Shown: positions 48,327-60,385 of the stretch, in pieces | How positions within the stretch are numbered: position 1 is the stretch's first letter | Layout of the letters: every line of letters starts with the position of its first letter | From: Neophaeotheca triangularis | Lineage: Eukaryota | Assembly: GCA_054600435.1 (NCBI GenBank) | Contig: BAAIJX010000001.1 | Location: 930,001 to 994,000 of the forward strand | DNA: 64,000 nucleotides | Direction of reading: 5' to 3' | Notes under the pieces: generated by a model | Databases searched by the model: none | What the model was told of the DNA's origin: nothing | The model's input: the letters and a program-made list of their open reading frames with translations, nothing else | Made by a program: the position numbers and the translations under genes

Positions 48327-49277
48327 GCGGGACTGTAACTTCGACAGTCGAGTTAATGGGTGGAGGGATAAATGCTTCGTTTGCTTCGATGGGTACTTCA
48401 CTTGAAGACTGAGCGTCAGCTTGAGCGTCAAGTATGGGCAGTCATTTCCAAGGATGGGATAGCGGAGTTCGAGGGACCGGAATCGGGGCGTAGTAATGAC
48501 ATTGGTGACCGAGGCGTTTGAGAAGGCTTGCGAGCTACGACAGACATGACACCCAAGTGTTACCTTCTTCGGTACTCAGAATGGAATTCTTCAATGACCC
48601 AGACGAGAGTACTCTTGACATCGCATTCAGTCCTAAGCCATCCTCATTGTGAGCCACCTAAGACAAGAAGCTGTAGATAGGTTCGACGGCAAGCCCTGCC
48701 TATCATGCCCATCACTAAGTATACGTCCACACGCTTCGATAGTTGAGATTCGACAAGCGGTTAGAACACCTTGAGACGTGTGGCCACTCGGGTCGAGCTC
48801 AAGGCAACTTGGCTGCTTGCAGGTGCTGGGGTTTAATATCAATAATAAATGTAAATGCCCGTACTCATACCAGGTGCAACAGGCTTCAGCCATCCGTCCA
48901 AGCCGTCGTCAGCTGTCAGCTATGTAGCTGTGCCAGAGAGCAACCCCACCATTTGCCCCACCTTTAAGCAACGGTTCGGCCTCGGTTTCGCTGGACGCGA
49001 TCAGACAAACATTGGATAGAAATTGACCGAGACAGTCCTGGAGCTCTTCGAGAAGAGGAGTCCTCGGGTAGTCACGGTAAGCAATGGTAAGTTACAGTAG
49101 ATTGAACGCAGACGAGCCATGCCTCTCTCCATCAGCCCCCCATCTTCGACAATCCCTCTCCATTCCCACGCACACGCACACGCACACGCACGCTACGCAC
49201 TCACACGTTCACCATACCCTTACATTGACAGCAAGAAGAGCTAGTTAGCAAAGCATCGCGCTTCCACTCCAGCAAAC

Positions 49278-50464
49278 ATGGGCGACACTATGAAAGCCGT
49301 CATCTTCAAGGGCCCGCACAAGGTCGAGCTCGAGGACCGTCCAATCCCCACTTGCACGGAGCCCACGGACATTGTTCTGAAGGTCGAGTACACGGCGCTC
49401 TGCGGTTCGGAGTTGCACGTCTTTCGCGGCCACCAGCCGTCGCCTACTGGGTGTAAGTGTCTCACTTACCTGACCGTACGTTGGATGGGCAGCCATAGCT
49501 GACGAGAAATCAGTCATCATGGGCCATGAATTCACCGGCCGGGTCCATGAAATCGGCGCCTCGGTCAAGAATTTCCAGAAAGGTGACCTTGTAGTCTCGC
49601 CCTTCACCGTCTCCTGCGGCGAATGCTTCTACTGCACCCAGGGCTACTCGTCCCGCTGTGAGAAGTGCAAGCTCTTCGGCTCCGGGCCGCTGGACGGCGG
49701 ACAAGCGGAATATGTGCGAGTGCCGCTGGCCGACAGCACCGCCATGAAAGCTCCCGAGGGCATAAAGGAGAACGTGCTAGTGCTCATGGCGGACATTTTT
49801 CCCACGGGGTATTTTGCCGCGTACAATGCTTTCAAGGAGCTGAACGAGAAGCAGCGGAGCGAGGCGACTTGCGTGCTTATTGGTTGCGGTCCTGTGGCAC
49901 TCTGTGCGCTGTTGAATATTTTGGATTACAAGCCGAAGCATATCTTTGCGGTTGATAGCGTTCAGTCGAGGTTGGATCTGGCGGAGAGCTTGGGCGCGAC
50001 GCCGTACAATTTCCAGACGAATCGCAAGGGTTTGGATGAGAAGGTCAAGGAGGTTACGAATGGTAGGGGAGCTGATGTAGTTGTCGAGGTCGTTGGATTA
50101 AGCCCAGCACTGCAGATGGGGTTTGAACTGCTGAGGCCTTGGGGTGTCATCTCGTCGGTGGGAGTTCATAACGGCGAGGTATGTTTGCTCCTTGTGAGAT
50201 GCAGCGTGATGATTTCCTTGCTAACGTTCAATTCATCAGATCCCATGGACCGGTAACCAGGCCTACAACAAAAATCTCAGGATCCAGATGGGAAGATGTC
50301 CTGTGCGATCCATCTTCCCACAGGCGTTGGCGAAGCTGAAGGAGAACCAGGATAAGCTTGGTTTCATGTCAGACAAGATCATGCCTTTGAGGGAGGCTAT
50401 TGAGGGGTATGAAATCTTTGATCAAATGAAAGTGCAAAAGGTTGTGTTTGATCCGAGAATATAA
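49278..50464 (+). CDS. Zinc-dependent alcohol/formaldehyde dehydrogenase-like (MDR superfamily), 3 exons
   Basis: Motifs ALCGSELH, GF/IMGHEF, CGECFYC...SSRC, GGQAEYVRVP, ADIFPTGYFA, GCGPV. Introns about 49453-49513 and 50179-50239; stop at 50462-50464. Confidence 0.9.
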
Positions 50465-51240
50465 TGATCTTCGGTCGATGATGAAGTGAGGGGGATGAAG
50501 GAAGGATTGGGGGTGTTTGGCGTTGTTGTTCTTATGATATGCCATCAAGGTCGCCCATTTTCGAGCAAGGTTATGTGCTACTGCATCACGTGCGGCCACA
50601 GTGAAAAGGGAGACAGTAACATTGGATACCAACTTGCAGAACATGTGATTAGGTAGTGAAGTAAGAAAGGCGTGAGGTACTTTGATGTTGATTGCTCTGC
50701 TCCAATTCACGCCTGGCAGTCGCTCCTTTGTTTGGGACTCGCTTGTTGTGCCTCCCACACACCACAAGCCTCCAAGGTTGCGCCCGAGCTTCTGTGGGTT
50801 GGTCCCTTCTCTGCAATTATTGACACTACTTTCTTCTTAACTTACTCCTCCGACCACGACCACCTACCTTCAATTCACCTCTCTTCACCTCACCTCACCT
50901 CACCTCACCTTTACCACCACAGATCACCCCAGCTACTCACCGCCGCCAACACCACCCTTTCTCCTCTCTCTCTCTCTTCACACACCTTACCGCCCCCACT
51001 ACCAACTCCTCACCTCACCCACCTCCTACCTCTCATAACTCAGCCGGAACTCGCTTTTCCCGCTCCCGCAGCCTGTGAGTGAGTACCCCACTCCCGGCCA
51101 GCTAACCCAACGACCCTGTTCCACTTCTAATGCCATTGGTTTTCTAGCTCTCCTACCCAGAAGCCACCCTCTTCACTCGGCTTCCCCAAACACCGGACCG
51201 ACCTTCGTACAAACTTCTCACCCTCCACACTCACATCAAC

Positions 51241-52407
51241 ATGTCTGCCGAAGATAACTCCGCACCCATCGACTCTGGCGTCGACAACATCGCCGACAAG
51301 ATTGGCGCCTTGAACACCGACGAGCACCCTCGCTCTGATGAAGAGTACGCCGAGGCCCAGCTGACTCTCCGTGCAATTGTTACTTCCAAGGAAGCCGGCG
51401 TCATCATCGGCAAGGGCGGGCAGAATGTGGCCGACCTCCGTGACAAGAGCGGTGTCAAGGCTGGCGTTAGCAAAGTCGTGCCTGGCGTGCATGACCGCGT
51501 TTTGACTGTCACTGGCCACTTGACTGGCATCAGTGAGGCCTACGGTCTTGTTGCCGATGGCTTGGTCAAGGGAGCTCCACAGATGGGCATGGGAGGCGTT
51601 GTTGCGAACCCAAACACTCACCGTAGGCATTCTCTATCCCCAGATGATTCAGATGATGAGCAAGAATGGGAATGGGAATGGTACACTAACAGGCCTGCAG
51701 CCATCCGCCTTCTCATCTCGCACAACCAGATGGGGACCGTCATTGGTCGCCAAGGTCTCAAGATCAAGCAAATCCAGGACGCCTCTGGAGTTCGCATGGT
51801 CGCGCAAAAGGAGATGCTGCCTCAGTCCACCGAACGTATCGTCGAAGTCCAAGGCACGCCCGAGGGCGTCCAGAAGGCCGTCTGGGAGATTGGCAAGTGC
51901 CTTATCGACGACGAGCAGCGCGGCTATGGCACCGTTCTCTACAGCCCAGCTGTTCGCGTACCAGGCGCTCCAGGTGCGCCTCCCATGAACAACGGCGCTG
52001 CCCCCTTCGGTACCCCTCGCAGCTTCAACCGCACCGGCAACGGTGCAGACTTCACTGGTGGATCCGCTGGGTATGACGGTGGCCACCGTCGCAGCGAGGG
52101 AGGAGGTACCAACGGCGGTCCTCCACCAGCAGTCGAGGAGGGCGAGGACATTCAGACCCAGAACATCAGCATCCCTGCCGACATGGTTGGCTGCATCATT
52201 GGCCGCGCCGGCAGCAAGATCTCCGAGATCCGCAAGAGCTCCGGTGCTCGCATCTCAATCGCTAAGGCACCCCATGATGATTCTGGCGAGCGCATGTTCA
52301 CCATCACCGGCGGCCCCCAGGCCAACGAGAAGGCCCTTTACCTGTTGTACGAGAACCTTGAGGCGGAGAAGATGCGCCGTAGCCAGATCCCCGAGGCGGC
52401 TGCGTAG
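51241..52407 (+). CDS. Three-KH-domain RNA-binding protein (Rnc1/Pbp2/hnRNP K-like)
   Basis: Three KH GxxG loops: AGVIIGKGG, MGTVIGRQG, VGCIIGRAG. CDS intron 51623-51700. Probable 5'UTR intron about 51075-51147 (gtgagt...gctaac...ctag). Confidence 0.9.
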   Translation: MSAEDNSAPIDSGVDNIADKIGALNTDEHPRSDEEYAEAQLTLRAIVTSKEAGVIIGKGGQNVADLRDKSGVKAGVSKVVPGVHDRVLTVTGHLTGISEAYGLVADGLVKGAPQMGMGGVVANPNTHRRHSLSPDDSDDEQEWEWEWYTNRPAAIRLLISHNQMGTVIGRQGLKIKQIQDASGVRMVAQKEMLPQSTERIVEVQGTPEGVQKAVWEIGKCLIDDEQRGYGTVLYSPAVRVPGAPGAPPMNNGAAPFGTPRSFNRTGNGADFTGGSAGYDGGHRRSEGGGTNGGPPPAVEEGEDIQTQNISIPADMVGCIIGRAGSKISEIRKSSGARISIAKAPHDDSGERMFTITGGPQANEKALYLLYENLEAEKMRRSQIPEAAA

Positions 52408-53757
52408 AATGGCTACCCGCGCTCTGGCTACGTTGCTAACACCGCTGCTGCGCACTGAACAGCAACCAAGTCCAGCTGGGTTCTTGGAGTCCCTATGGCC
52501 GAAAGGATGACGGAGCTCTTTTGCGTGCGATACCCGCGAGCGTATTCAAGAACAGGCCGCTCCTCCACCATTAACCATCTCCACGGACTCCTTGAACGTT
52601 GTAATGACCCAGCTTATGATTTGACGACAACACCCACCCACACCAAGCGTCTGCCACCTGCTCAACACCCGAAAACCGCCGCTACCGACTCCGTAATGCT
52701 GCGACAAACCCACAAAAAAACATCAACTTTCCTCCTTTTGCGATTTCGACTCAGCAATTCTACTCTCACTCATCATCTTTGATCACTCATCCTAATCCCA
52801 GGCGCGCCCCATGGGAAACGACACTGGCAACGGCAAATTTCCCGTGGGCATCCCACAGCATGTTTGTGGAAAGTGTTTCTTGCATAGCGCTATACCATTT
52901 CGTTATGTACGTGGTACAGGCTCTGGATGGCGTGGAAGTGGGGTTTGTGAGGAACATTGGAGCCTGTCTTGCTTACCTGCTGAAATTGCTGCTCTCGGTG
53001 AATGGTAAAAGGCATGAGATACCAGAGAATTTACAAAATCCACTTTCGACAGTCTTTTCGTTTCACATCTCTATCGTGTGGATTTGCTATTCGTTGCTCT
53101 CTTGAATGGAAGCTCTCTCTTGCTTGCCACTAATAGTCACCCTCCCACTTGAATCTCCTATCACCCATGAAGCCAATATCGGGCAGTCTTATTGGGCAGT
53201 TTCTCCGCCTCTCCCATCCCTACCCTGGGTACTGCCTGCTAAAATTATCAGGGCATGGAACTTCCTCGGAGAATGTCATTGTCTTTCTCGGAAGGTCTTC
53301 GCTACACAGATATCACCTGGTCAGCAAGGTTGATCGTGCAGGATGCTGGGCACTATCATTACGCATGACACTGAAGACGAAGCGTCCATCCATGGATATC
53401 TTCAGCACGTGAAGCAAAGCTGCCCACCTGCAGCTTCTGGCCAACCCCTTCTCCACACAAGCTCACGCGAACCTGGCAGCTGGGCCGCGCAAGCGCCACA
53501 GCGACGTCAGTGGGGTACAGGTGGTGTCGGGAAGAAACATCAAGTCCTGAGGTGTGGCTGCTTGCTCTCTGTCTCCTTTGATATAATTACGCCGAACTCT
53601 ACCTACCAACTACTGAAAAGCAGACTCATAGCCTCTCTTCATCAAAAGTCAGTAACATCCGCCCAAGCCCGCTCTCGCGTACGGGACGACGCACTGACAA
53701 CTAGCTCAGACCTATACACCACCCTACCCCACCAACACCCAGAACAAACAAGCAACC

Positions 53758-54384
53758 ATGGCCGGCGAGGGAACCAGCAAGTGGAACGCCATGAGCGAAG
53801 ACCAGAAGAAGCAGACCTTCGACAGCCTGCCCGAGTCGCAGAAGCAGGGCCAGTCCTACACCGAGTGGATCAAGCAGGGCTACCAGCACCAGTACGAGAA
53901 CTGGATGCCGTGGATCGAGGACCAGTACCTCAGGTGGTTCACCAACGACAACAAGGCTAGCTACGCTACCAAGGGTACGTCATCGGCCCCATCTCCATAC
54001 CACCATTATGCAGTACCCAAGCCGCAAGAATCGGAATTTTAGCGGCTGACGATCATGTGTACAGATACCCTCGACAAGTCCAAAGTCACGGGCGTCGAGC
54101 AAGTCGACACGCTGCAAGACAGCGTCAACAACGCCGTGGGCCAGCAAGTCGGCAAGGGTGGCGTGTTGCAGCCCGTCGGCGACATGGCGAGCAAGGAGGG
54201 CATCAACCGCGCCGAGCGCGGCGGCAAGGACGACAGCGGCTCCTACGCTTCCAGCGTCCCCGGCGGCGAGACTGTGAGCAGTGGGGTTTCGTCTGCGGCA
54301 GGCGCAGCGCAGAATGCGGGCAGCAGTGTCGCGTCCGGTATTAGTGGGCTTATGGGTGGTGGGGGCAACCAGCAATCGAAGTAG
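53758..54384 (+). CDS. Small hydrophilic Gly/Ser-rich fungal protein (LEA/stress-protein-like), 2 exons
   Basis: Intron 53975-54064 joins WMPWIEDQYLRWFTNDNKASYATK to DTLDKSKVTGVEQVDTLQD...SKEGINRAERGGKD. Strong codon bias. Confidence 0.75.
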
Positions 54385-54701
54385 ATGGTTTTGGGCACGG
54401 GGATCATGATGGTATGATTCACGGCTATTGGACTGAGGATAGTTCTTAGAGACTCTAATGCTCGTACTTATTGTATTCGATGATTCTCGAGGTGATCTTT
54501 CCCTCTTCAGGCGTGCCACGAGCTCAGTGAATAAAGGCAGTAATGGACTTTGCTTTCCGCTCTACCTAGCAAGATGTGCTGAAGAGGGACGGGAGATTTT
54601 GAAACGACGTAAGAAGCTATCGACGATCATCGACTTTGCTTCTCGGTTAAGCCCAAAGATCAACAATCGAAAGCATCTTTGACGCTGAACAAAGCGAGGT
54701 A

Positions 54702-55270
54702 ATGCCGGAACTCTACGACCACGAGGGCAAAGCAGTACACCGCGGGCGTGCTTGTGTGCATGGCATCCGCATGCGTCATGTCACAACAGGAGCTGCCGCA
54801 AACCCAGCACTGGTGCTCCTCCGCGGAACGCCCAAAACTCATTACTACTGGTACAAGCTGCTGTCACTCTTAAGTCCACACTTGCGAATCGTAGCCTCCG
54901 ACCTTCGAGGCTGCGGCGCAACGGATAAAACCCCGACGACCGTCTAGGTGCTGGCACGTTCCTTTCTTTGTTATACCGCATTTGCCTGAGATGTTGATCT
55001 CGGGCAAGGACGATGAAATCTGGCGGCAATTCATGGAGGCCGAGTGTGACGACCCAACTGCGATAGGAAAGGAGGCTGTCGCCGAATGGATCAAGTGCGC
55101 GAAGTGCCCGGGTGGGCTCAGAGGCATTCTGGAGACCTACCGTGCTGCGCTCAAGAATGCTGAAATCAATCGAGAGTGTGCTAGGGAGGCTCTCGCGTGT
55201 TCGGTCATGACTATTGGAGCGTCTGATTGAGTCTTGGATGAGAGACGAGTCGTTGCCTTTGCTGACTTGG
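54702..55270 (+). pseudogene. Decayed alpha/beta-hydrolase (epoxide hydrolase/haloacetate dehalogenase-like)
   Basis: N-part VHGIRMRHVTTG..PALVLLRGTPKTHYYWYKLL..LSPHLRIVASDLRGCGATDK ends at a stop (54947). The cap-domain-like part AEMLISGK...PGGLRGILETYRA...VMTIGA follows almost directly, with the nucleophile segment missing and a further stop at 55230. Confidence 0.78.
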
Positions 55271-56010
55271 GTGTTGTAGGTCCTTTGGCCCGACCGTGGA
55301 AGGGCAGGTGACAAAAGTCGATGGTGTGCCTCTGAAGTTTGTTCTTTCGGAAAATTGTGATGATCCTCTCTCTTTAAGAGGCGCCGGGAAGGATGGCAAT
55401 GGGGTTGGGACTTCTTGATTCCGGATTGACGGAAGGCTTAGTCTGGATGATCCCAAGTGGCTGCAATTGCCTTTTACTTGAGCACAAGCAAGACCTCTTC
55501 CGTTAGTAGGTGCGAAGGGAAGAATGGCAATGAAATAACGCATACTTTGTAGTACCTTATGTAGGTAGAAAGGTACTCCCGAGGTCCTTATCGAGCATTG
55601 TATCGGACTTGGCGGGGCGTCTACATTCAGTTCGGGCCGGAAGCTTCATTGGCCGACTGGCACCGCCCAGGGCTCAACTCCCAAACGTCACTCTAACTTA
55701 TGCCCTTCCCAAACAACTTCACCTCAATCTCGACATCCCCCTCCCTGCTGAAACTGCTAGAACGCAATATTGACAACACGTAAGTGGTCAACGACCCTGC
55801 CAAGCGCTTACAGAACCATCCACCACCATCCCATGTGAACCTGCTCCGAGCCGCTTCTGGTGTAACACCGTGCACACTCCGTCGACCAACTTCCGCGCGA
55901 CCTCTTCCACCAAAGCACCTTGCCCGCCGAACAAGAGGGCTAGATCTGCGAGTGTTAACGGCAGCCAACGTTCATACCCTTGCATATCCTTTCCAACTAC
56001 CCACACCAAC

Positions 56011-58233
56011 ATGGCCCGCGCCAGGCGGATGCAGCGCGCATCGAGTGGCTCCGGCTCTTCGTCTTCTTCCACTTCGCCAGAGCGTGGTGTCGACGATGAT
56101 GGAGACTCTTTCATGCTCCAGGCCAATGACTCGGCATCTTCCTTGGGCATGTCCCTGTCACCAGAGCTCTCGCAAGACGCTTCAGCGCGGAGAGAGTACG
56201 AAGAGCGTTGCCGCGTATCCCCGGTCCACAGGCTCCCCGCTGAGCTACTCATTGGCATCTTCTCCAGACTTAGTGCGCCCAAGGATCTTCAGGCGTGTAT
56301 GCTGGTGAGCAAAGAGTGGGCTAAGAACAGTGTGGGTTTACTGTGGCACAGGCCTTCAATGAACAAGTGGGAAAGCATACACAGCGTGTTACAGACGATA
56401 AGAGGGGCGGACAAGTTTTTTGCATATCAGGATCTCGTCAAACGACTCAACCTTTCAACACTGGGGAACCACATCGCAGACGGAGTGCTGGTGGGCATGA
56501 GGGAGTGCAAGCGTATTGAACGTTTGACCCTCACCAACTGCACGAAGCTTACGGACTGGAGTATCGTACCGCTTGTGGAAGGGAACAGGAGCCTTCTCGC
56601 TCTGGACGTGACCGGCTTGCAGTGGCTTACGGACAACACAATCTTGACCGTCGCGGAACACTGCCTCCGCCTGCAAGGTCTCAATGTGACCGGCTGTAGG
56701 GCGATCACGGACAAATCGGTCGTCGCGATTGCTAAGAGTTGCCGCCATCTCAAGCGGCTGAAGTTCAACAACTGCCACCAGCTTACAGATACTGCGATCC
56801 TCACTGTCGCTCAACACAATACCCATTTGCTGGAAGTCGATCTCTATGGTCTTCCCAATCTTGAAAGCCCTTCTGTAACCGCGCTTCTCATGTCATGCCC
56901 TCACCTTCGCGAACTTCGGCTGGCCCATTGCTTACGAATCGACGACGCAGCTTTCCTTTCGATACCCAACGACCCCGAACTCCCCATCATCTTTGACTCG
57001 CTCCGCATTCTGGACCTCACGGACTGTGGCGAGCTAGGCGATAAGGGGGTTGAGAGAATCATCCAGACATGCCCCCGCTTACGAAACCTTATCCTGGCCA
57101 AGTGTCGACAAATCACCGATCGAGCTGTTTTTGCCATCACAAAACTAGGGAAGAACCTCCACTACATCCACCTCGGGCATTGCGCAAGAATCACAGATTT
57201 GTCGGTCGAAGCTCTCGCCAAAGCTTGTAACCGCATCAGGTACATTGACCTGGCGTGCTGTAGTAACCTTACAGACGCTAGCGTCGTGAGACTTGCGGGA
57301 CTTCCAAAGCTCAAAAGAATAGGATTGGTCAAGTGCGCTGGGATCTCTGACCGTAGCATTTACAGCCTAGCCACTGGCGAGATTAAGAACGGTCGACGAA
57401 TCAATGGCATCAGCGTCCTCGAGCGTGTGCATCTCAGCTACTGCACCCTTCTGACTCTCGACGGCATCCATGTTCTTCTCAACAACTGCCCGAAACTCAC
57501 CCACCTCTCTTTGACTGGCGTCCAGGCCTTCTTGCGCGAAGACATCTTGGCATTCTGTCGCGAAGCGCCAGCAGAGTTCAACGACCACCAACGTGATGTC
57601 TTCTGCGTCTTCTCTGGAACTGGCGTCACTCGTCTCCGCGACTACCTCAACGAGCAAAAAGCCTACGCCGCCGAGCTCGCTGGCTCCATGACCCCTTCAG
57701 TCGAGAGCGACTATGGCATCGACATGGATGATGACAACGGTGGCGCACACGGCCACCTAGGCAGCAGCAGCGCAACCCCAATCGTCAACTTCGACGTCGC
57801 CGGCCAGAATGGTTTCCCCCCCGGCGGCACGCCCATAGCCCCTATGGCGAGCCCAAGCACCGGTTTGCTTTTCGCGCAAGCCCTGCAAAACTCCCACGCA
57901 AATTTCCTCAGCCAGCACCAGCTGCCCCCTGGGCCGATTACGCATCTTAGTCAGAGCGCACCTGCCGCCACGGGGCCGAATTGGGCGCATTATCTCGGCG
58001 CTCCTGGAGGGAGTGGGCCGGGAGGAGGTGGTATCGCCGCGGCCCATCAGCAGCATGTACCCCATCCTCCGCAGCTTAATCAAACGCATGTCGGTGGGCA
58101 AGGTGGAGGTGGCGTTGGGCCGGGCGGCGGTGGCGCACAGCAGGTCACTGGTATGATGGGTGCCACGCTACTCGATGATGTCGATGAAGGTGATGAGGCT
58201 TTTGGCGAGGGCAGTGAGATGATGGATGCTTGA
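56011..58233 (+). CDS. GRR1: SCF F-box/leucine-rich-repeat protein Grr1
   Basis: F-box SPVHRLPAELLIGIFSRL...CMLVSKEWA...LLWHRP. LRRs CKRIERLTLTNC, LRILDLTDC, LGKNLHYIHLGHC, LPKLKRIGLVKC, LERVHLSYC, EFNDHQRDVFCVFSG. Confidence 0.93.
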   Translation: MARARRMQRASSGSGSSSSSTSPERGVDDDGDSFMLQANDSASSLGMSLSPELSQDASARREYEERCRVSPVHRLPAELLIGIFSRLSAPKDLQACMLVSKEWAKNSVGLLWHRPSMNKWESIHSVLQTIRGADKFFAYQDLVKRLNLSTLGNHIADGVLVGMRECKRIERLTLTNCTKLTDWSIVPLVEGNRSLLALDVTGLQWLTDNTILTVAEHCLRLQGLNVTGCRAITDKSVVAIAKSCRHLKRLKFNNCHQLTDTAILTVAQHNTHLLEVDLYGLPNLESPSVTALLMSCPHLRELRLAHCLRIDDAAFLSIPNDPELPIIFDSLRILDLTDCGELGDKGVERIIQTCPRLRNLILAKCRQITDRAVFAITKLGKNLHYIHLGHCARITDLSVEALAKACNRIRYIDLACCSNLTDASVVRLAGLPKLKRIGLVKCAGISDRSIYSLATGEIKNGRRINGISVLERVHLSYCTLLTLDGIHVLLNNCPKLTHLSLTGVQAFLREDILAFCREAPAEFNDHQRDVFCVFSGTGVTRLRDYLNEQKAYAAELAGSMTPSVESDYGIDMDDDNGGAHGHLGSSSATPIVNFDVAGQNGFPPGGTPIAPMASPSTGLLFAQALQNSHANFLSQHQLPPGPITHLSQSAPAATGPNWAHYLGAPGGSGPGGGGIAAAHQQHVPHPPQLNQTHVGGQGGGGVGPGGGGAQQVTGMMGATLLDDVDEGDEAFGEGSEMMDA

Positions 58234-59449
58234 TTTGAGCGAATGTCCGACCATGGGCCGTGAACCGCGCTACAGGCGCGAAGGCATGGGACACATGCTG
58301 AGTTTCTGCAAAAGCAAGGGTTGTTCTGGTGCTTCTCTTGGGGTCCAGGGACAGTCACTGCTGTCTTAAGGCGTTTGCTGGTTTTTTCTTCTTCTTGGAA
58401 TGGGTCGAGGAGCATGTCCACTGTTGACACTGCTAGGGAGTCGTGTTGAACCGACAGGTTTTCCTTTTCTTATTTTGGCTGTCTAAATGATTCCCACGGC
58501 TGAGACGACGGCCTTGCGTAGGTAGCTTGCGTAGCTATCAATTTCATTTTTTTATTTTATCCTCTTTCTGGAGAGTGGAACTAGTGAAGCTGCTGAACAC
58601 TGGCTATAAGACAGCTATTCATCATAGGCATGATCCCAATCAATGTACCTCCCGGGCTGCATCGCTCATGGTGCTCTATCTTCAGCTACGATGCTACAGG
58701 GTGCTCCAGCATTGCCCCCAAGCAATGGGCAAGAAACTTCCTCTATCGTGGAACGTGAAGACTGCACCAGAGAAGCATCCATGCTGGCGCTGCTCATCAT
58801 CTGCAGTAGCTTCGATGGCTTGCTTTGGATTGTCGAGACTTGGCCAAGTTCAGCCATTGCAGCACAAGGGACGGTGCGAAGCAGTGGCCAGGATCTGCGG
58901 TGGCACGACATGTGCAATGAGCGCAAGCAGGCCTGGTTAGACGATCGGGAATGTGTGAAGCAGGCCAGATTACCATGGGAACTTAGAATCAGTCTATGAA
59001 TTGCGATCAATTGGTACGCGTTCATGGGTGCCTAAGGAGAATGCCAGCCCCAACAGTCCATCGAAACATACACTCCTTCTGCATATCCGCCTCCTCGCTC
59101 TCAGCGAACGAGCGCTCTAAGGTATCTCAAGCTAGCAAGCTGGCGTGCTACTGCGCAAGCCACTGGTACCACGCTCTTGCACCATGTCACCTGCAAGAAC
59201 CACCCTACCTCTACTGAGAGAGCTTCAAGCGCGGGTCCACGAGAAAATCTGACCACAAAACCCGCTGAGGTTGGAATGGACGGTCTGAGTCCCTTGGCAA
59301 AGCAGTAACGGAAGCGATAAGAGAGGCCATTCGAATCTCTTTCTCGTTCGCTTCAGCTCTTTCCATATCAACCCAACACCATCCAATACCCCCGAGCATC
59401 CAATATCACAATCTTCCAACCTTTCAACACTCCGTTCATCCCATCCAAA

Positions 59450-59988
59450 ATGCATCCTGTCGTCCTCCTCACCGCCCTCGCAGGCCTCACCTTCTCAACC
59501 GCCAGCCCACTAGACCTCGAGATCCGCCAAATTGCCAGCCCCAGGCCCGTGAGCCTCGGTCCAGCCCCCTCAGGCTCCAGTCGCATCGCCAATTTCTGCA
59601 CGAACCCGGACGCCCTGACCTGCTGCACCACGCTCCTCGCTGGTGTCGCCAGCAATGTGCCGACGGCGCTGGGGTTCAATTGTAAGATACACTAGTGTCC
59701 CACCGCACTCACCGAGTCCCTCTGGGCGATCGGATGGTCTTAACACCACATGGCCGGCAGGCGTGGACGCTAGAGTTGGTGGCGATCGGGGACTGCTGTT
59801 TGGCTGTTGTCCCCAGGAATCGGGGAGGAGCTATTCACCCGTGTGCTGTGCGGTTCTAGTAAGTAGTTCCCTCTGCGCGGTATCTTGCCTTAACGAAGGA
59901 CATTGATGTTTTGTTGCAGGTTGGTGCCGGAAGCTACGCTGGCTGCGCTACCCCCACGCAGCTTACGATTCCAGAACAGTGCTTTTGA
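59450..59988 (+). CDS. Hydrophobin-like small secreted cysteine-rich protein, 3 exons
   Basis: Exons 59450-59681, 59761-59858, 59920-59988. Signal peptide, then ...FCTNPDALTCCTTLLAGVASNVPTALGFNCVDARVGGDRGLLFGCCPQESGRSYSPVCCAVLVGAGSYAGCATPTQLTIPEQCF*. Confidence 0.8.
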
Positions 59989-60385
59989 GAAACGTCTTGG
60001 GATCCAGGAAGGGGATAGGCAGGATGCGTGAGCGGCGAGAGGACTCTGGACGCTGCTTTTTTTTTTCCGACGTCGTAGTGATTTGCACTCGTTCGGTTAG
60101 AGAACATGATGATGATGATGATCGTCCACGAAGGACTCCTTTTTCAACCCCCCTCCCCATAGTGACTAAAGCTAGGTAAATGATAAGCAAAAGCTCTCAT
60201 CTCCGCCCGGTCACAGCTCAGTGAACCCTGAATGTCGCGCTGAAGCTGACACTCTCAATCCTGTTCGCATGGTGGCTCTCACGCTTTGAGGGCTTCAGGA
60301 GCGTACCAGCTCGTGTCCAAGCTTCTCCCGAACAGAAAGACGAGGTCGATGAGCTATTATATTACATATCACAGCCTTCACCAGC

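Noticed and set aside
7047..52407. Functional clustering of the CWI MAPKK with the Rnc1-like KH protein
   Set aside because: They are over 40 kb apart with many unrelated genes between; co-location is likely chance
58527..59217. ORFs between GRR1 and the hydrophobin-like gene
   Set aside because: Low coding signal on both strands and no motifs
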